A model generated the notes under the pieces. It saw only the letters and a program-made list of their open reading frames with translations, searched no databases and was not told the DNA's origin. The translations under genes were made by a program, and so were the position numbers. Source: Squalus acanthias (lineage: Eukaryota). Taken from it: DNA of 64,000 nt. Of the stretch, positions 1-12,204 are shown piece by piece. Position 1 is the first letter of the stretch; each line of letters starts with the position of its first letter. The stretch spans positions 136,960,001 through 137,024,000 of the forward strand of contig CM059431.1 in the NCBI GenBank assembly GCA_030390025.1, written 5' to 3'.

Positions 1-203
1 CTTCTCTTTGAAATATCGATGATCCATGTCTTCCGTGTGTAGACGTATTCCTTTAGCTTAAAGTTGTTCCCTTCTTCATCTGTTTGTCTGTTTCTTCTTG
101 TGTCATATGCCGCAACCAATGGTTTGTCCCTATTCTACTCTATATCTAAAGTTTTACACATGCATTAATACAAACATTACCTCCGTGTAAGCAATTTCCT
201 TTC

Positions 204-1496
204 TTAGATAAACAGAGATCTATCTTTTATGTTACGATACACCTGCCCCACTGGTGCTGCTGGAACAACATCTTTTGTCATTTGGGCGCAGCAACATTTC
301 AACAATAAACCAGACCATACATCACTAGTATTATAACAAAGAACAAAATCAATACTTGTACTACTGATATCCCGAGTGATCCCAACCATCCATTTGTCCA
401 GCCCCAAAGGGTGGATGCCGGAGGTTGTTTTAACTTTTTTACTTCTTCTTGTATGTGTTCTGCCAAGTTAGTTATTTCTTCTGAGCTGTCTGGTATGTAG
501 GTACAAGATTCTGTACCTATTAGGACACAGGATCCCCCTTTCTCTGCCAACACATAGTCAAGGGCCATCCGATTTTGCAGAGCTACTGTACGGAGGGCTA
601 CCATCTCTGCATTAACCTTGACTAGGGCTTCAGCTGTATCATTGGCCAACTTCTCCAAGACGGAGGCCAGGTTAATGGATTCCCTTGCCAATGTATCCGT
701 TCCATAGAAGGGGAACGCAATGGCCCAGAATCTTTCAGCCTCCGTGATGGCTCGTCTGACTCTCCGGTGGGGGTCCTTCAGAGAACCCACGTGATATATG
801 TAGCGTATGATATAAGCCAGATAACAAGAACCCGTCCATTCTCGGGGCAACCAGGGATAGGCCCTATGTCCGCACACGAAATGAGTCCCGTTGTAGGGGG
901 TATACTTATTTATTTCTGGGAGGTCCCATTGTACTGACAAGTCACCTCTTTTGTTTAATGACGCGAGTTTCACACTACCCGTCTCATCAGGCAAGGCAGT
1001 GTTATATGTACAGTTACTGTAGCCCACAATAGGATCTGTCGGTCGTCCCCTCTTTGTGAGACATAGCCCCCCCTTTTTTTCCTTCTGACTCCTCGTTCTC
1101 AGGAACGGTGGTAGATAGGAATATATGTTGACCGTCTCCACCCACTACAACTTTCTGGGTTGTACCCATGACGTTGGAGCTTTGCTATAGTGCAGTCGTC
1201 TGTCTTGGCTTCATAACAGCATACGCTTGTGCATCCTGCTCAAACTCCAAACACCCAACTGACCGTCTCATCATCATTAAGTGGGATTGGTTGATGGGGA
1301 ATTCCTTCCTCCGAGTGCGTGGGGACATGGGCGCAGACCCAACAGCTAGCAACGTCAACTCTCTTGGCATAAGTGTATGACATATACAGGAAGGTATTCA
1401 CCCGTAACTCTCTTTTGGCCCATGAGTCCTCCCGAGGCTACATATTATGTTTACACAAACGAGCAAACTACACATGATATCACGTAACACGTTCAT
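204..1496 (-). pseudogene. env: ERV env, gamma-type, frameshifted
   Basis: ATG at 1496 with signal-like MNVLRDIMCSLLVCVNIIC; CWVC (CXXC) at 1333-1344 after a frameshift; furin site RRVRR; immunosuppressive motif LQNRMALDYVLAEKGGSC; TM helix; probable tail in ORF 204..407. Confidence 0.9.
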
Positions 1497-1627
1497 CTTA
1501 TCACTTTATGTTAACAATGTCCCAAAGGCTATATCGCCAACCTAACCACTTTGTTGCTTGCAGATTCTATTTTCCTGTGGGGGTGAATAGAATATTGTTA
1601 TTAATTTGGTTCCTCAATCACAACCAT

Positions 1628-1828
1628 CTAGATTTCTTCCCGTGGTTCAGCCGGTCGGAGTTGACGGGACCGATCCCATACATATTTCAGGATATATCCC
1701 AAGGTATATCCTATCAAGATAATACATATTATCCAAAACAGTGTTTGTGTCAGCTTCCATTTCCATTCGTCATATTGTTTAGCATATTCCCCACTTTTTA
1801 TGAAAGGTACTTGTCCTGATGTAGCCAT
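1628..1828 (-). CDS. Putative 66-aa single-pass membrane accessory protein between pol and env
   Basis: Uninterrupted ORF starting 2 nt after the pol stop, strong Kozak (AGAATGG), hydrophobic LFWIICIILIGYTLGYIL. Confidence 0.5.
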   Translation of the reverse strand: MATSGQVPFIKSGEYAKQYDEWKWKLTQTLFWIICIILIGYTLGYILKYVWDRSRQLRPAEPREEI

Positions 1829-1830
1829 TC

Positions 1831-4800
1831 TTAAAATGGTGAAGGGTCATAGGCTTTCAGCTGCGTCCAGTGCTTCCATCTTCCCATGCCCTTTATATCA
1901 ATGCAAGCACACGTAACCCCACTAATTAAAATCTATATGGCCCTGAACATTTTGGTGCGAACCCGGGTTTTCCTGGTAGATTCTTAACCATTACCTTGGT
2001 CCCTGCTGGAGGGATATATGGAAATGCAGTCAATTCCAAATCTTTATCTCTTTCTTCCTGTCTTTCCCTAGTTTGCTGTTTCATTTCTTTTAATTGGTTA
2101 CTCATTTCCAGGATATATCTGCGGAGTTTATCCTTTAGGGGACCCACATTTTCTCCTCCAGTCATTATACCATGGGGGAACTGCATTGCACTCCCCGTCA
2201 TTAGGTCATATGGTGATAGGCCCGTGGTTCGATTTGGGGTGGCTCTTAGTTTCATTAATACTGTGGGTAGCACATCCACCCACCGTTGCTGTTTTCCCCC
2301 CAATGCTTTGGCTACCGCTGTTTTTAAGGTCCGATTCATTCTTGCTACCATTCCAGAACTTTGAGGATGGTATGGGATGTGGAATTTCTGTTTTATGCCC
2401 ATCCATCTACATATATTCTTTACTACTGCTCCCGTAAAATGAGTTCCCTGATCTTAGTCGATTTGGATCGGTACTCCCCATCTGGGAATTACCTCCTCTG
2501 CCATTATTCGTGCTACGGTAGTGGCAGTACAGTCCCGAGTGGGGAATGCGTCGACCCACCTGGTAAACTGATCTATTACTACTAGGCAATATTTCTTCCC
2601 CCTAGACGTGGGGAGGGGTCCAGTGAAGTCGATTTGTATATTTTCACATTGGCCCCTTGGCCGTGGTTGGTGGGCCATTCCAATCTTAACGGGTCATCCT
2701 GGGTTGTGCTGCGCACATGTAATACAGCGTTGGCAATATTTAGCCACATCTCTCCCCAGCCCAGGCCACCACCATTCTTTACTAATTAGTTCAATCATTG
2801 ACCCCCTTCCTGTATGGGCGCTTCCATGAGGTAGTTCTAAAAGTGTCTGCCTGATGCACGCGGGGGGCTATCACCTTTCCATTCTTTCACCATATTGCCT
2901 CTTCATCTGGTCTACCCCCTACTCGGTAACTTTCCTGTCTTTCGTCCTCTGGGGCGGCTACATGAAATTTACTGATATCTATTTCCACTACCTGTGCACT
3001 AGCTACGTTCCCTTCAACCATTTCTTGTTCAGGAGCTCGCTGTGCTGCTAGATCGGCGGCCTGGTTCCTTTTTTGCTCCTGATTATGTATCTTCTGGTGC
3101 GCTTTGATTTTTATTACTGCAGCTTGTGCTGGGGCTTTTGTGGCTTCCAAGAGGGCCTCTATTCGCTGCTGGTGTTTTATTTGATCCCCTCCGGTTGTCA
3201 CAAACCCCCTTCTCCCGCAAGCTGTCATATAATCGTGTACCACTCCGAATGCATATCTACTATCCGTGTAGATGTTTACTGTCTTACCCCTTGCTAATTC
3301 TAGCGCCTTTGTTAACGCTACTATCTCGGCTACTTGTGCCGACAAGCCTCCGTCTAACCTTCCCGACATTTCTGTTTCCAACTGATCATTTACTACTGCC
3401 CATCTTGTCCGGGGAGATCCCTCCACATATTGCCTTGACCCGTCTACGCACAGTGTCATCTGAGCTTCCTCTAGCGGTTCATCCTGCACGAGGGTTTCGT
3501 CTAGTTCCCCCTCCGTTTCTGAGCACTGATGGGGGCTTCCCTCACTCAGGAAGCCTTCCGCGGGGTTTTTCCCTGTATCCCGAATTACCTTAACTCTCTG
3601 GTCTATCGGCAGTAGGACTGCTTCCCATCGAACTCGCCGCATATTGGAAACTGACCGTAGTTTCCCGGTATTTAACATCTCTACCAGTGTATGCCGAGTG
3701 TGTAAGACGATATCCCCTGTCATCACGTTTGGTTCACTAACCCTAACTGCCCAGGCAGCGCAGTCAAGCGCCGCCACACATCGTGAGAGCCCCGCTGCTA
3801 CCGGGGATTGCTGCGTGGAGTAGTAATCTACGGGTCGTTTCCGATCACCGTGTTGTTGTGTGACTACTGCCGCATAGAATCCTCCTTCATTTTCGCAGTA
3901 TATGTGCATGTTTTTTTTCATATCTGGTAGGCCTAATCCTGGGGCTGTTATTAATGCCCTTTTCAATTCATCATATGCGTTCTCCTGTTCGGATCCCCAC
4001 TCGATGTGCGCTGCTGCAGGCATTCCCGCTTTCACTAATCTTTGTACAGGTTCTGCTATAGCTGCGAAGTTGGGTATGAAGCTCCTACTATAGTGGAACA
4101 AGCCTAGAACCTTCCGGACCCCTCTTACTGAAACTGGGCTGGGCATTTCTTGAATCGCCTTTCTGCGATCATTTGGCATGGTTCTGTCTCCCTGGGACAA
4201 CTGCTGTCCCAGGTAGGTGACTGTAGACTTCCCGAGTTGGGCCTTTTGGGGGTTTACTTTAAAACCACCCTTTTCTAGTGTTTGTAGGACCACTGCCAGG
4301 GCTGCTGCATGTCCTCTGTCGTCTTCTGAGGCTATAAATAAGTCATCCACATACTGCAGTATTGTTATCCGGTACAGGGTTAGGTCAATGTACCCCAATA
4401 GTGTACTCATTAACCGGTGGAATATTGCCGGGCTATTATAGAATCCCTGAGGCAGACGGGTCCATCTATATTGCCTTTCTCCTACAGTAAATGCGAATTT
4501 TTCCTGTGAGTTCTGATCTAAGGGCAGGAACCAGAATCCATTAGCTATAACTAATACGGTGAATATCTTATGTCCTGGGCGTAATCCGTTTAAAATTGTG
4601 GCTGGGCTTTCCACTATCGGGTGTAATTTTGGGGTTACCTTGTTTAAGAGCCGTATAATCAATGATAAGACGATATGACCCGTCGGGCTTCTTAACCGGC
4701 CATGTCGTTGAATTAGATGTGCTTTCTATTGCCCTAATGATTCCTCTCTCCTCTAAATGACTCACGATTTTGGAGAAGGCTTCCCTCGCCTCGGGTCGGA

Positions 4801-5367
4801 TTGGGTACTGCTTGTGGGGTTTATGTTCGGGCCCAGAGACACATATGGGTTGCGTGGTGGCCAATCCAGTGTCCTGTTTTGAGGATGCCCATACTGACTT
4901 TACCGCCTCGCATATTATCCCATATTCTCCTTCCTCTCTCCAATCTCGGGTTACGATTTACGCACTCCCTACTGTTGCCAAATATCGGAGTGGTTGTTCC
5001 CGCTTTGCTTTCTCCCATCTTCCTATATCCAGGTTAACTTCCCTTGTCTGGAATCTACCATCAGATTGAATTATTTTAATAAATCTATTCCTAAGATCGT
5101 CCCTTCACTGTTTGGACATACATAAAATTGTGCGGGTAGTAACCGTCCCGTTATTTCCAATCCCTGTACCTCACTTTTGAAAGCTTTTACCCGTTCCCCT
5201 CCCAACCCTATTATATCGATACGATGTCGGGTAAGGCGAAGGGGCAAATCCGTTATAGATACGGAAGCTCCCGTGTCCACTAAGATATCACACTCCAGGC
5301 CCCCTATCAGTGCTGGTATGTAGACTCGGGGGTGCCACTCTTTTCTTTGAATGGGGGCCACTGCGAG
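1831..5367 (-). pseudogene. pol: ERV pro-pol (protease, RT, RNase H, integrase), disrupted
   Basis: VDTGAS; WPVKKPDGSYRLIIDY; LPQGF; QYVDD; RNase H VDGS...YTDSRYAF; IN QIDFTGP and YHPQSSGMV; GPY tail; TAA at 1833-1831. Confidence 0.93.
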
Positions 5368-6776
5368 TCATTGGCTGCTGCCCTGTTCTTTTACGTACTG
5401 CAAGAACCTTTTATACATATCAGGGGTCTCGGTCAGGTTTGGGTTTTCCCTTTTTGCCCAACATTTATCGGTCGGGTGTCCTGGTTTTTTACAATTACCA
5501 CACACAAGCTGGTGTTGTTTGGGGGCCCGACATTCTTTGGCCATGTGGCCCAGCTTTCCACAATTAAAGCATGCCCCTTTTTCGTTGGGGTGAACTTTGA
5601 CTGGGTGTTTGCTGCCCCCACCCTCTCCTGCTTTATGACGGGCGGTCTCTCAGCCTCCCTGGCGTCAACTTGACTTGCCCATCTTACTGCCGCATCGTAG
5701 GTGTCGGCTGCCACAACCCTCATCTTCAATATTGCCTGGTGTGATTGGGACAGCCCGTCTTTAAACATTTGTACGAATGGCACATCGGTTTGTTGGGGGT
5801 TTGCCTGTCTGGATGATTCCTGATAAGCAGCGAACAGTCTTTCCCCATAGTCATTACTACTCTCGCCCTTCCGCTGTTATGTTGTCATTATGCGTCCCCA
5901 ATTAGGTGGGACGCCCCCCAAAGCCGCCTGCACTGCGGTCTTAAACGGATCATATTCAGCTAATTGGGCAGCTTTGTCTGCCACCAAAGCTACACGTCCT
6001 ACCCAAGAGCCATCTCTATGTCCATTCGCATTATCCACAATTCTCCATTTATCTGTGGGACACTTAGCCCGTACTAGTTGGTGTAATTCACGGGGGTGGA
6101 GATCATGTATATCCCATGTTACTTCTAGATTGCGCCAAAATTCATTATTGGAACTCCGGGGTTTCAGGGTTGCCAAGTCCTTCAACATGGCTTGTTTTTC
6201 TAAGGGGCTGAAAGCCTGGTATTTATATGTAGGGGCATTTGCTTTGCCCCCTCGTCTCAGGTGTGGGGCTCTGACCGTCCCTGGTTTCTCATTTTCCTCG
6301 TCGTCACTATCCTCTGGGTCTATAGCCGGAGCTGATGCCACTGGGGCATAAGGGGCAGGCGCTTCATTTTCGGACTGTGGACTAATTAGTCCGGCAGAGG
6401 CACACAAACGTGCCTGTTTTTCATTCCAATATCCTAATCTATCCCTTCTATATCTGTCATTAGGTGATATTTTTCCTGTTTTCATTACTTCTACCTCCAG
6501 TTCTAGTACAATGATCCTTTCATTTTTACTTGCAAGTTTAGTGTTGGGTCGCTCCACCATATTAATCACCGTGACCAACTGGTGTACTAGTATCACCCCC
6601 GCCTTTTTTGCCTTTATCTGTTTTTGACCTTCCCACCACTCTCTTTGTGCCTTCGGATTCTGGAGCGGGTCCCACCCCTCCTGTCTCATCTTATCAACTA
6701 TACCCTTCCGGTCTTCTGCATAGAACCTAGTAAGGGATCCCGCTGGTCCACATTCTATTTCTTTCCCCGACGTCAT
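5368..6776 (-). pseudogene. gag: ERV gag, disrupted, with two CCHC zinc knuckles
   Basis: ORFs 5877..6803 and 5433..5783; manual translation gives CFNCGKLGHMAKEC and CGNCKKPGHPTDKC; ends at in-frame TGA 5370-5368. Confidence 0.85.
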
Positions 6777-7251
6777 ATATAGTCCAACTTTCAGTCTTAC
6801 CAAATGCTGAGTTCCTCTAATCGTGTTCGTTCTTGATACCTTAAAAGACTTGAAGCGGTTACGTAGTCACAACACACACACATATATTTATTGACTTCAC
6901 GATCCCAGGGTGCTTTGGTTCTCTACGCCTACTTGATCCTGGCCATTACGTGGGGCCCAATCGCCCTCTTAATTCCTATTCAGGCTAGGTGTGTAAGACA
7001 GGCGCCCTCCTTGTCCATGTCGATCAGTCAATCACTCATACCTTCGTGACATTTATTGCTACACAGTGTTCTATTAGTACACGCGATCCACACTCACACA
7101 ACTGTGTTCTCTTACCTCCAACAGACTTTCACTTGATTCGTCATGCAATGGAATTGCCTCTCCGCCGTCCCAAGCGATTCAATTTCTGGATGGTCAAAAT
7201 TTAACTTCTCGTCCGGCTTCACTGGTACGGGCGGTCTTTTAGTCCCAGAGC

Positions 7252-7269
7252 ATCCTGCCGACTACGCCA
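7252..7269 (-). promoter_or_regulatory. Primer binding site for tRNA-Ser
   Basis: TGGCGTAGTCGGCAGGAT is complementary to the vertebrate tRNA-Ser 3' end ATCCTGCCGACTACGCCA; 2 nt from the LTR terminal CA. Confidence 0.9.
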
Positions 7270-7271
7270 AT

Positions 7272-7793
7272 TGTTGGTGAAAAATGTATTCACTCGAGTC
7301 TGTTGTAAAGCAAAAGATCACAGTTTATTATTCAGAGCGCTCTGGGAGAAGGACCATAGACTACGGTCTCATGAACAGCTTCTCAATTTAACAATGGCAG
7401 CCACGCTTCTTTATACACATCCAAAAGCCAAAAACATACAAATATCAGCACAGTTAGCGTTAGGGTTACATCATAAGTGAACCTAAGGTGGTCTAAAAAC
7501 AACTTGATCAGAATTTACACTGTTAGCAAAACTTATTCTTTTACTTCTGCTTTTATCAACCATCTGTGCTGCATTGGCTTCATTCGTACACCTACTCGGG
7601 GTTAGTTTATAGAAAAACAATGATTCACATTTTGTTCTGCGGTGTCTGCATTACAATACTGCAGCCTAAGCAAGTTGGTCTTTTATCTAATTATACCCCA
7701 TGTCTCCATGCCTTAGGGAGATACTTTGAGCTTTACTATAGCCCCTTAAGCAGCTCAACTAACCTTAAACATTACAACTGATTTGCCCTTACA
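7272..7793 (-). repeat. ERV 5' LTR (outer boundary uncertain, 7776-7801)
   Basis: Ends ...CCAACA next to the PBS; TATAAA at 7415-7410; AATAAA at 7329-7324; candidate TGTAA starts at 7776, 7793 and 7801. Confidence 0.75.
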
Positions 7794-7824
7794 TTATTAC
7801 AATTAATTTTTTTAACTCTTACGC

Positions 7825-7980
7825 CATCACATTGCTTTATGTGGGAGCTTGCTGTGCGCAAATTCTCGGCAGCGTTTCCTATGTTACAACAGTGACTACA
7901 CTTCAAAAGCACTTCAGGGACTAAGCGCTTTGGGACGTCCGGTGTTGGTGAAAGGCACTATATAAATGCAAGTCTTTTTT
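7825..7980 (+). mobile_element. 3' part of DeuSINE (AmnSINE1/SacSINE1-like) with L2-type tail
   Basis: GTGGGAGCTTGCTGTGCGCAAATT...GTGAAAGGCACTATATAAATGCAAGTCTTT; family assignment from recalled consensus. Confidence 0.65.
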
Positions 7981-8211
7981 TCATCTGCTTCAGTGAGATG
8001 AAAGTCCAGAGTGGGTTGAAGATCGAATTCAAATTCCAGCAAAACTCGTTCACATAAAGTGTGGATCATTGAGGTGTCTTTAATCCTGAATATTTTCACT
8101 GACCCTCTTCCCAAAGCCGCTTAAATTCAGGCGGTTTGATTTGGGAACAGCTGGTCCATCTTTCCAAAATTTTCAATGCCAGTTCAAGCTCAAAAGTCGA
8201 GGTCAAAATTA

Positions 8212-8952
8212 GGGCTCGTCCGGGAACTCTCGCATATTTCAGTCAATAAACCCGAAGCGAGAGTCATACTACAGAGAGTGGTTAACAATGCATATGGGAT
8301 CTTGGGCTTCATAAAAAAGAGTTATTGAAAATAAAAGTAGAGAAGCTATGCTGATACTTTATAAAGCGCTGGTTAGGCCACAACTGGAGTATAGCGTCCA
8401 ATTCTGGCGACCACAATTTAGGAAGGATGTGAAGGCCCTTGAGAGGGTGCAGAGGAGATTTACCAGAATGATTTCGGGGATGGGGAATCTTCGCTACAAG
8501 GACAGGTTGGAGAAGCTGCATTTGTTTTCATTAGAGCAAAGGAGGTTGAGGGGTGATTTGATAGAGGTGTACAAGATTATAACGGGTTTGGATAGACTAG
8601 ACGGAGAAAGGCTGTTCCAATTAGTTGATGGTACATGGACTAGGGGACGCAGATTTAAGGTTTTGGGCAAGTGATACAGGGGGGATGTGAGGAGAAACTT
8701 TTTTACGCAGCGAGTGGTGATGACTTGGAATTCGCTGCCAACGGAAGTGGGGGAAGCGGAGAAACTCAATGTTTTCAAGGGGAGACTGGAGAGGCACATG
8801 AGGGAAATAAACATGCAGGGCTACAGGGATAGAGCGGGGGAATGGGACTGACTGCATTGCTCTACAGAGAGTCGGCACGGACTCGATGGGCCGAATGGCC
8901 TCCTTCTTTGCCGTTATGACTCGATGATTCTATGACCCTAAACCAACGAGCC
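8212..8952 (-). pseudogene. tRNA-Pro(CGG) pseudogene with 16-nt intron, split by a CR1 insertion and with a T-arm deletion
   Basis: GGCTCGTTGGTTTAGGG (8952-8936) + GTATGACTCTCGCTTCGGG[TTTATTGACTGAAATA]TGCGAGAGTTCCCGGACGAGCCC (8269-8212); TTTT downstream. Confidence 0.8.
8270..8935 (+). mobile_element. CR1 LINE 3' fragment
   Basis: LYKALVRPQLEYSVQFW...LRGDLIEVYKI; 3' GGGCCGAATGGCCT and (CTATGA)-type tail. Confidence 0.92.
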
Positions 8953-10122
8953 CGCTGTTTGAAGCAGGAAGTTTCAAGGCGTTTCCATAATCAAACCATG
9001 TGTTGGCCGTTATTGATAACCAGAGCACTTGAGACCGAGACGGCTCTGACTTTGACTTCATTACCTGTCTTCAAAGCGCTGGTTTCGTGATATTCAATTT
9101 GCAGCAAATTCATGAAATTGAAAAGAGCCGCAGCGATCATTACAATAAACTAAACCCTCCGATATTTAAGAGGAATATAGCATGTTGAGGACAGTATCGA
9201 ATATTCTGCAGGATAATGAATATAAACAGCAGGAATATTGTGCTCTGCTCCCACATGACACAGATCAGCCTCAGCCTCTGCTCCCTGCCCGCCGGCTGCT
9301 GAAGCTTTGTCTCTAGATTATAAACTGATTCTAGGTTGGAGATAAATTTTCAGGTTAGAGCCTAAACAATGCGGGTGGGTTCAAATATATAAAGCAGTTA
9401 TTTTAGACCAGAGAGAGCGTTAAATCTCATATATTGTTCAAATGCATCAATGTATGAACATGACATTAAATGTGTTTAAATACAGTGGGGGGATTTAAAG
9501 CAGATTCGGGGCCAGTGGTTTCCAAGGTGATCTTTCCTGTGGCTCTCTTGCCTCTCTCTCTCCTTCCTCCCACACGCTGCCGGTTTTTAAACCTTGTTTT
9601 AAATCTGCTGCTCTGAGCCAGTGCAATCCACAGTCTCACAACCCTTTCTACAAATACCGTCTCACTGTTTTCTCTGTTTATTAGTTATGAATCACCTTGT
9701 GGTGCAATGGTGGCGTTTGTGACATCAAATTAAAAGGCGGCCTATTGGAAACACGTTGGGGTCACCGTTTATTTTTCCACAGAATTGAACCTAAATCATT
9801 CAAGATGGAATATTGTATTTGCTGCATCACAATAAACAATATCTTGTTATTAATGTTGGCTCATTAGTTCCCCAGTGTTAGAGGAAGAATTGTCTGATCC
9901 CCTCATTTATTTCATGTAAGACACAAACACAGGTATTCATTCAGAATCAACCCATAGATTGACACTGAGATAAACGCACAGAGAGATACAGACAGCATCG
10001 GGACACGTGGCGGAATAGACAAGAGAGATGGATAAACACAAAACGGACTCAGACTCCAACAGACAGTGACAGGTAGTTGATAGATATCAGTGACGCGAGG
10101 CGGTGCATTGCAGGCCTGATTT

Positions 10123-10197
10123 GGCTCCATGGCTTAGCTGGTCAAAGCGCCTGTCTTGTAAACCAGGAGATCCTGGGTTCGACTCCAAGCGCGGCCT
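10123..10197 (+). tRNA. tRNA-Thr(TGT)-like, probably a pseudogene
   Basis: GGCTCCATGGCTTAGCTGGTCAAAGCGCCTGTCTTGTAAACCAGGAGATCCTGGGTTCGACTCC...GGCCT; anticodon 10157-10159; extra C in the anticodon stem and acceptor/T-stem mismatches. Confidence 0.8.
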
Positions 10198-10722
10198 TTG
10201 CTTTGTCTTTATGACCCTTCAGGGGTGAGTTTGTTCTCGTGTGAAAGGGCTGCAATCATTTTAAATGTAACTGCGTCCGCATTGGTTCCCATCCTGGATT
10301 AAAGGCTCAAGTCGCTGCGGGGCCTGAGGCTGTCAGTATTGCTGGCGGTGCTGATTTTGGACTCTTCACCATTTATCCTCTCCATATGCTCTCTCGAACA
10401 CTCAGTTTCCACTGCAGCTCCAACATACACAGCCCGTTTACCAACATGGGATGATTTCATCCTGTGAATACAATCGCTAAACACTCAGTATCCAGTCACG
10501 TTCCAATATACACAGCTCATTACCCGATATTGATTCATTCTTGATGTGGGCGGGATTTCTCTTGTGTCTCTACTCCGTAATATTCAGTACCCATTACATT
10601 TCCAAGATACGGAGCCCATGCCCAATATTGACACATTAGTTTTATGGGAGGGGTTTATATTGCGAATATCCCCCCGTTTAGTGATGCCCTTTCCCCAGCA
10701 CCCTTCCCCCCCCCCCCCCCAC

Positions 10723-12060
10723 TTACTGGAGCCCTCCCACAGATCCTGCAGTTACTGGAGCCCTCCCACAGATCCTGCAATTACTGGTGCCCTCCCACAG
10801 ATCCTGCAATTACTGGAGCCTCCCGCAGATCCTGCAATTACTGGAGCCCTTCCACAGATCCTGCAATTACTGGAGCCCTCCCACAGATCCTGCAGTTACT
10901 GGAGCCCTACCACAGATCCTGCAATTACTGGAGCCCTTCCACAGATCCTGCAATTACTGGAGCCCTCCCACAGATCCTGCAATTACTGGAGCCCTTCCAC
11001 AGAACCTGCAGTTACTGGAGCCCTCCCACAGATACTGCAATTACTGGAGCCTCCCACAGATCCTGGAATTACTGGAGCCCTCCCACAGATCCTGGAATTA
11101 CTGGAGCCCTCCCACAGATCCTGCAATTACTGGAGATCTTCCACAGATCCTGCAGTTACTGGAGCCCTCCCACAGATCCTGGAATTACTGGAGCCTTTCC
11201 ACAGATCCTGCAATTACTGGAGCCTCCCACAGATCCTGGAATTACTGTAGCCTTTCCACAGATCATGCAATTACTGGAGCCCTTCCACAGATCCTGCAGT
11301 TACTGGAGCCCTCCCACAGATTCTGCAATTACTGGAGCCCTCCCACAGATCCTGCAATTACTGGAGCCCTACCACAAATCCTGCAATTACTGGAGCCCTC
11401 CCACAGATCCTGCAATTACTGGTGCCCTCCCACAGATCCGGGAATTACTGGAGCCCTTCCACAGATACTGCAATTACTGGAGCCCTTCCACAGATCCTGC
11501 AATTACTGGAGCCTCCCACAGATCCTGCAATTGTTGGAGCCCTCCCACAGATCCTGCAATTACTGGAGCTCTCCCACAGATCCTGCAATTACTGGAGCCT
11601 CCCACAGATCCTGGAATTACTGGAGCCCTCCCACAGATCCTGCAATTACTGAAGCCGTCCCATAGATCCTGCAATTACTGCTGCCCTCCCACAGATCCTG
11701 GAATTACTGGAGCCCTCCCACAGATCCTGGAATTACTGGAGCTTCCCACAGATCCTGCAAATACTGGTGCCTTCTTACAGATCCTGGAATTACTGGAGCC
11801 CTCCCACAGATCCTGCAATTACTGGAGCGCTCCCACATATCCTGCAATTACTGGTGCTCTTCCCAATTCCCTTAATTACTGTTGCTCTCCCAAATTGTGC
11901 TGGTTAGTGCACTCCCACGATTCCCCCTTTTACTGCAGCCAAACCCTAATTCCTCCCTTTACTGGTGTCGTTGAATTTTCACATTTACTGATGTGCTCCT
12001 CAGTTCCTCCATTTACTGGTGCAATGTGGAAATTCTCTTCCTTAACAGTGCCCATTCATG
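10723..12060 (+). repeat. 29-bp minisatellite (TTACTGGAGCCCTCCCACAGATCCTGCAA), degenerating after ~11860
   Basis: Direct tandem repeats, some 28-bp variants. Confidence 0.95.
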
Positions 12061-12204
12061 TTTCATAATGCCTAGCACATCGGCCAATACTGTCACATTA
12101 CTGATATGGGGGCATTTATCCTGTAAATATTCTATGATATTCATAGCCATTAAAGATCCAAAATACACAGGCCTTTGCCTCATATTAACACCTTAATCGT
12201 GTAC

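Larger units (their letters stand above)
1..7793 (-). mobile_element. Endogenous retrovirus, defective; 3' end and 3' LTR outside window
   Basis: Order LTR-PBS-gag-pro-pol(RT, RNase H, IN)-env on the minus strand, with multiple frameshifts and stops. Confidence 0.95.

Noticed and set aside
8264..8278. 14-nt match (TCATACTACAGAGA) between the CR1 junction and the intron of the second tRNA-Pro
   Set aside because: Explained by the tRNA D-arm plus CR1 start; probably chance.
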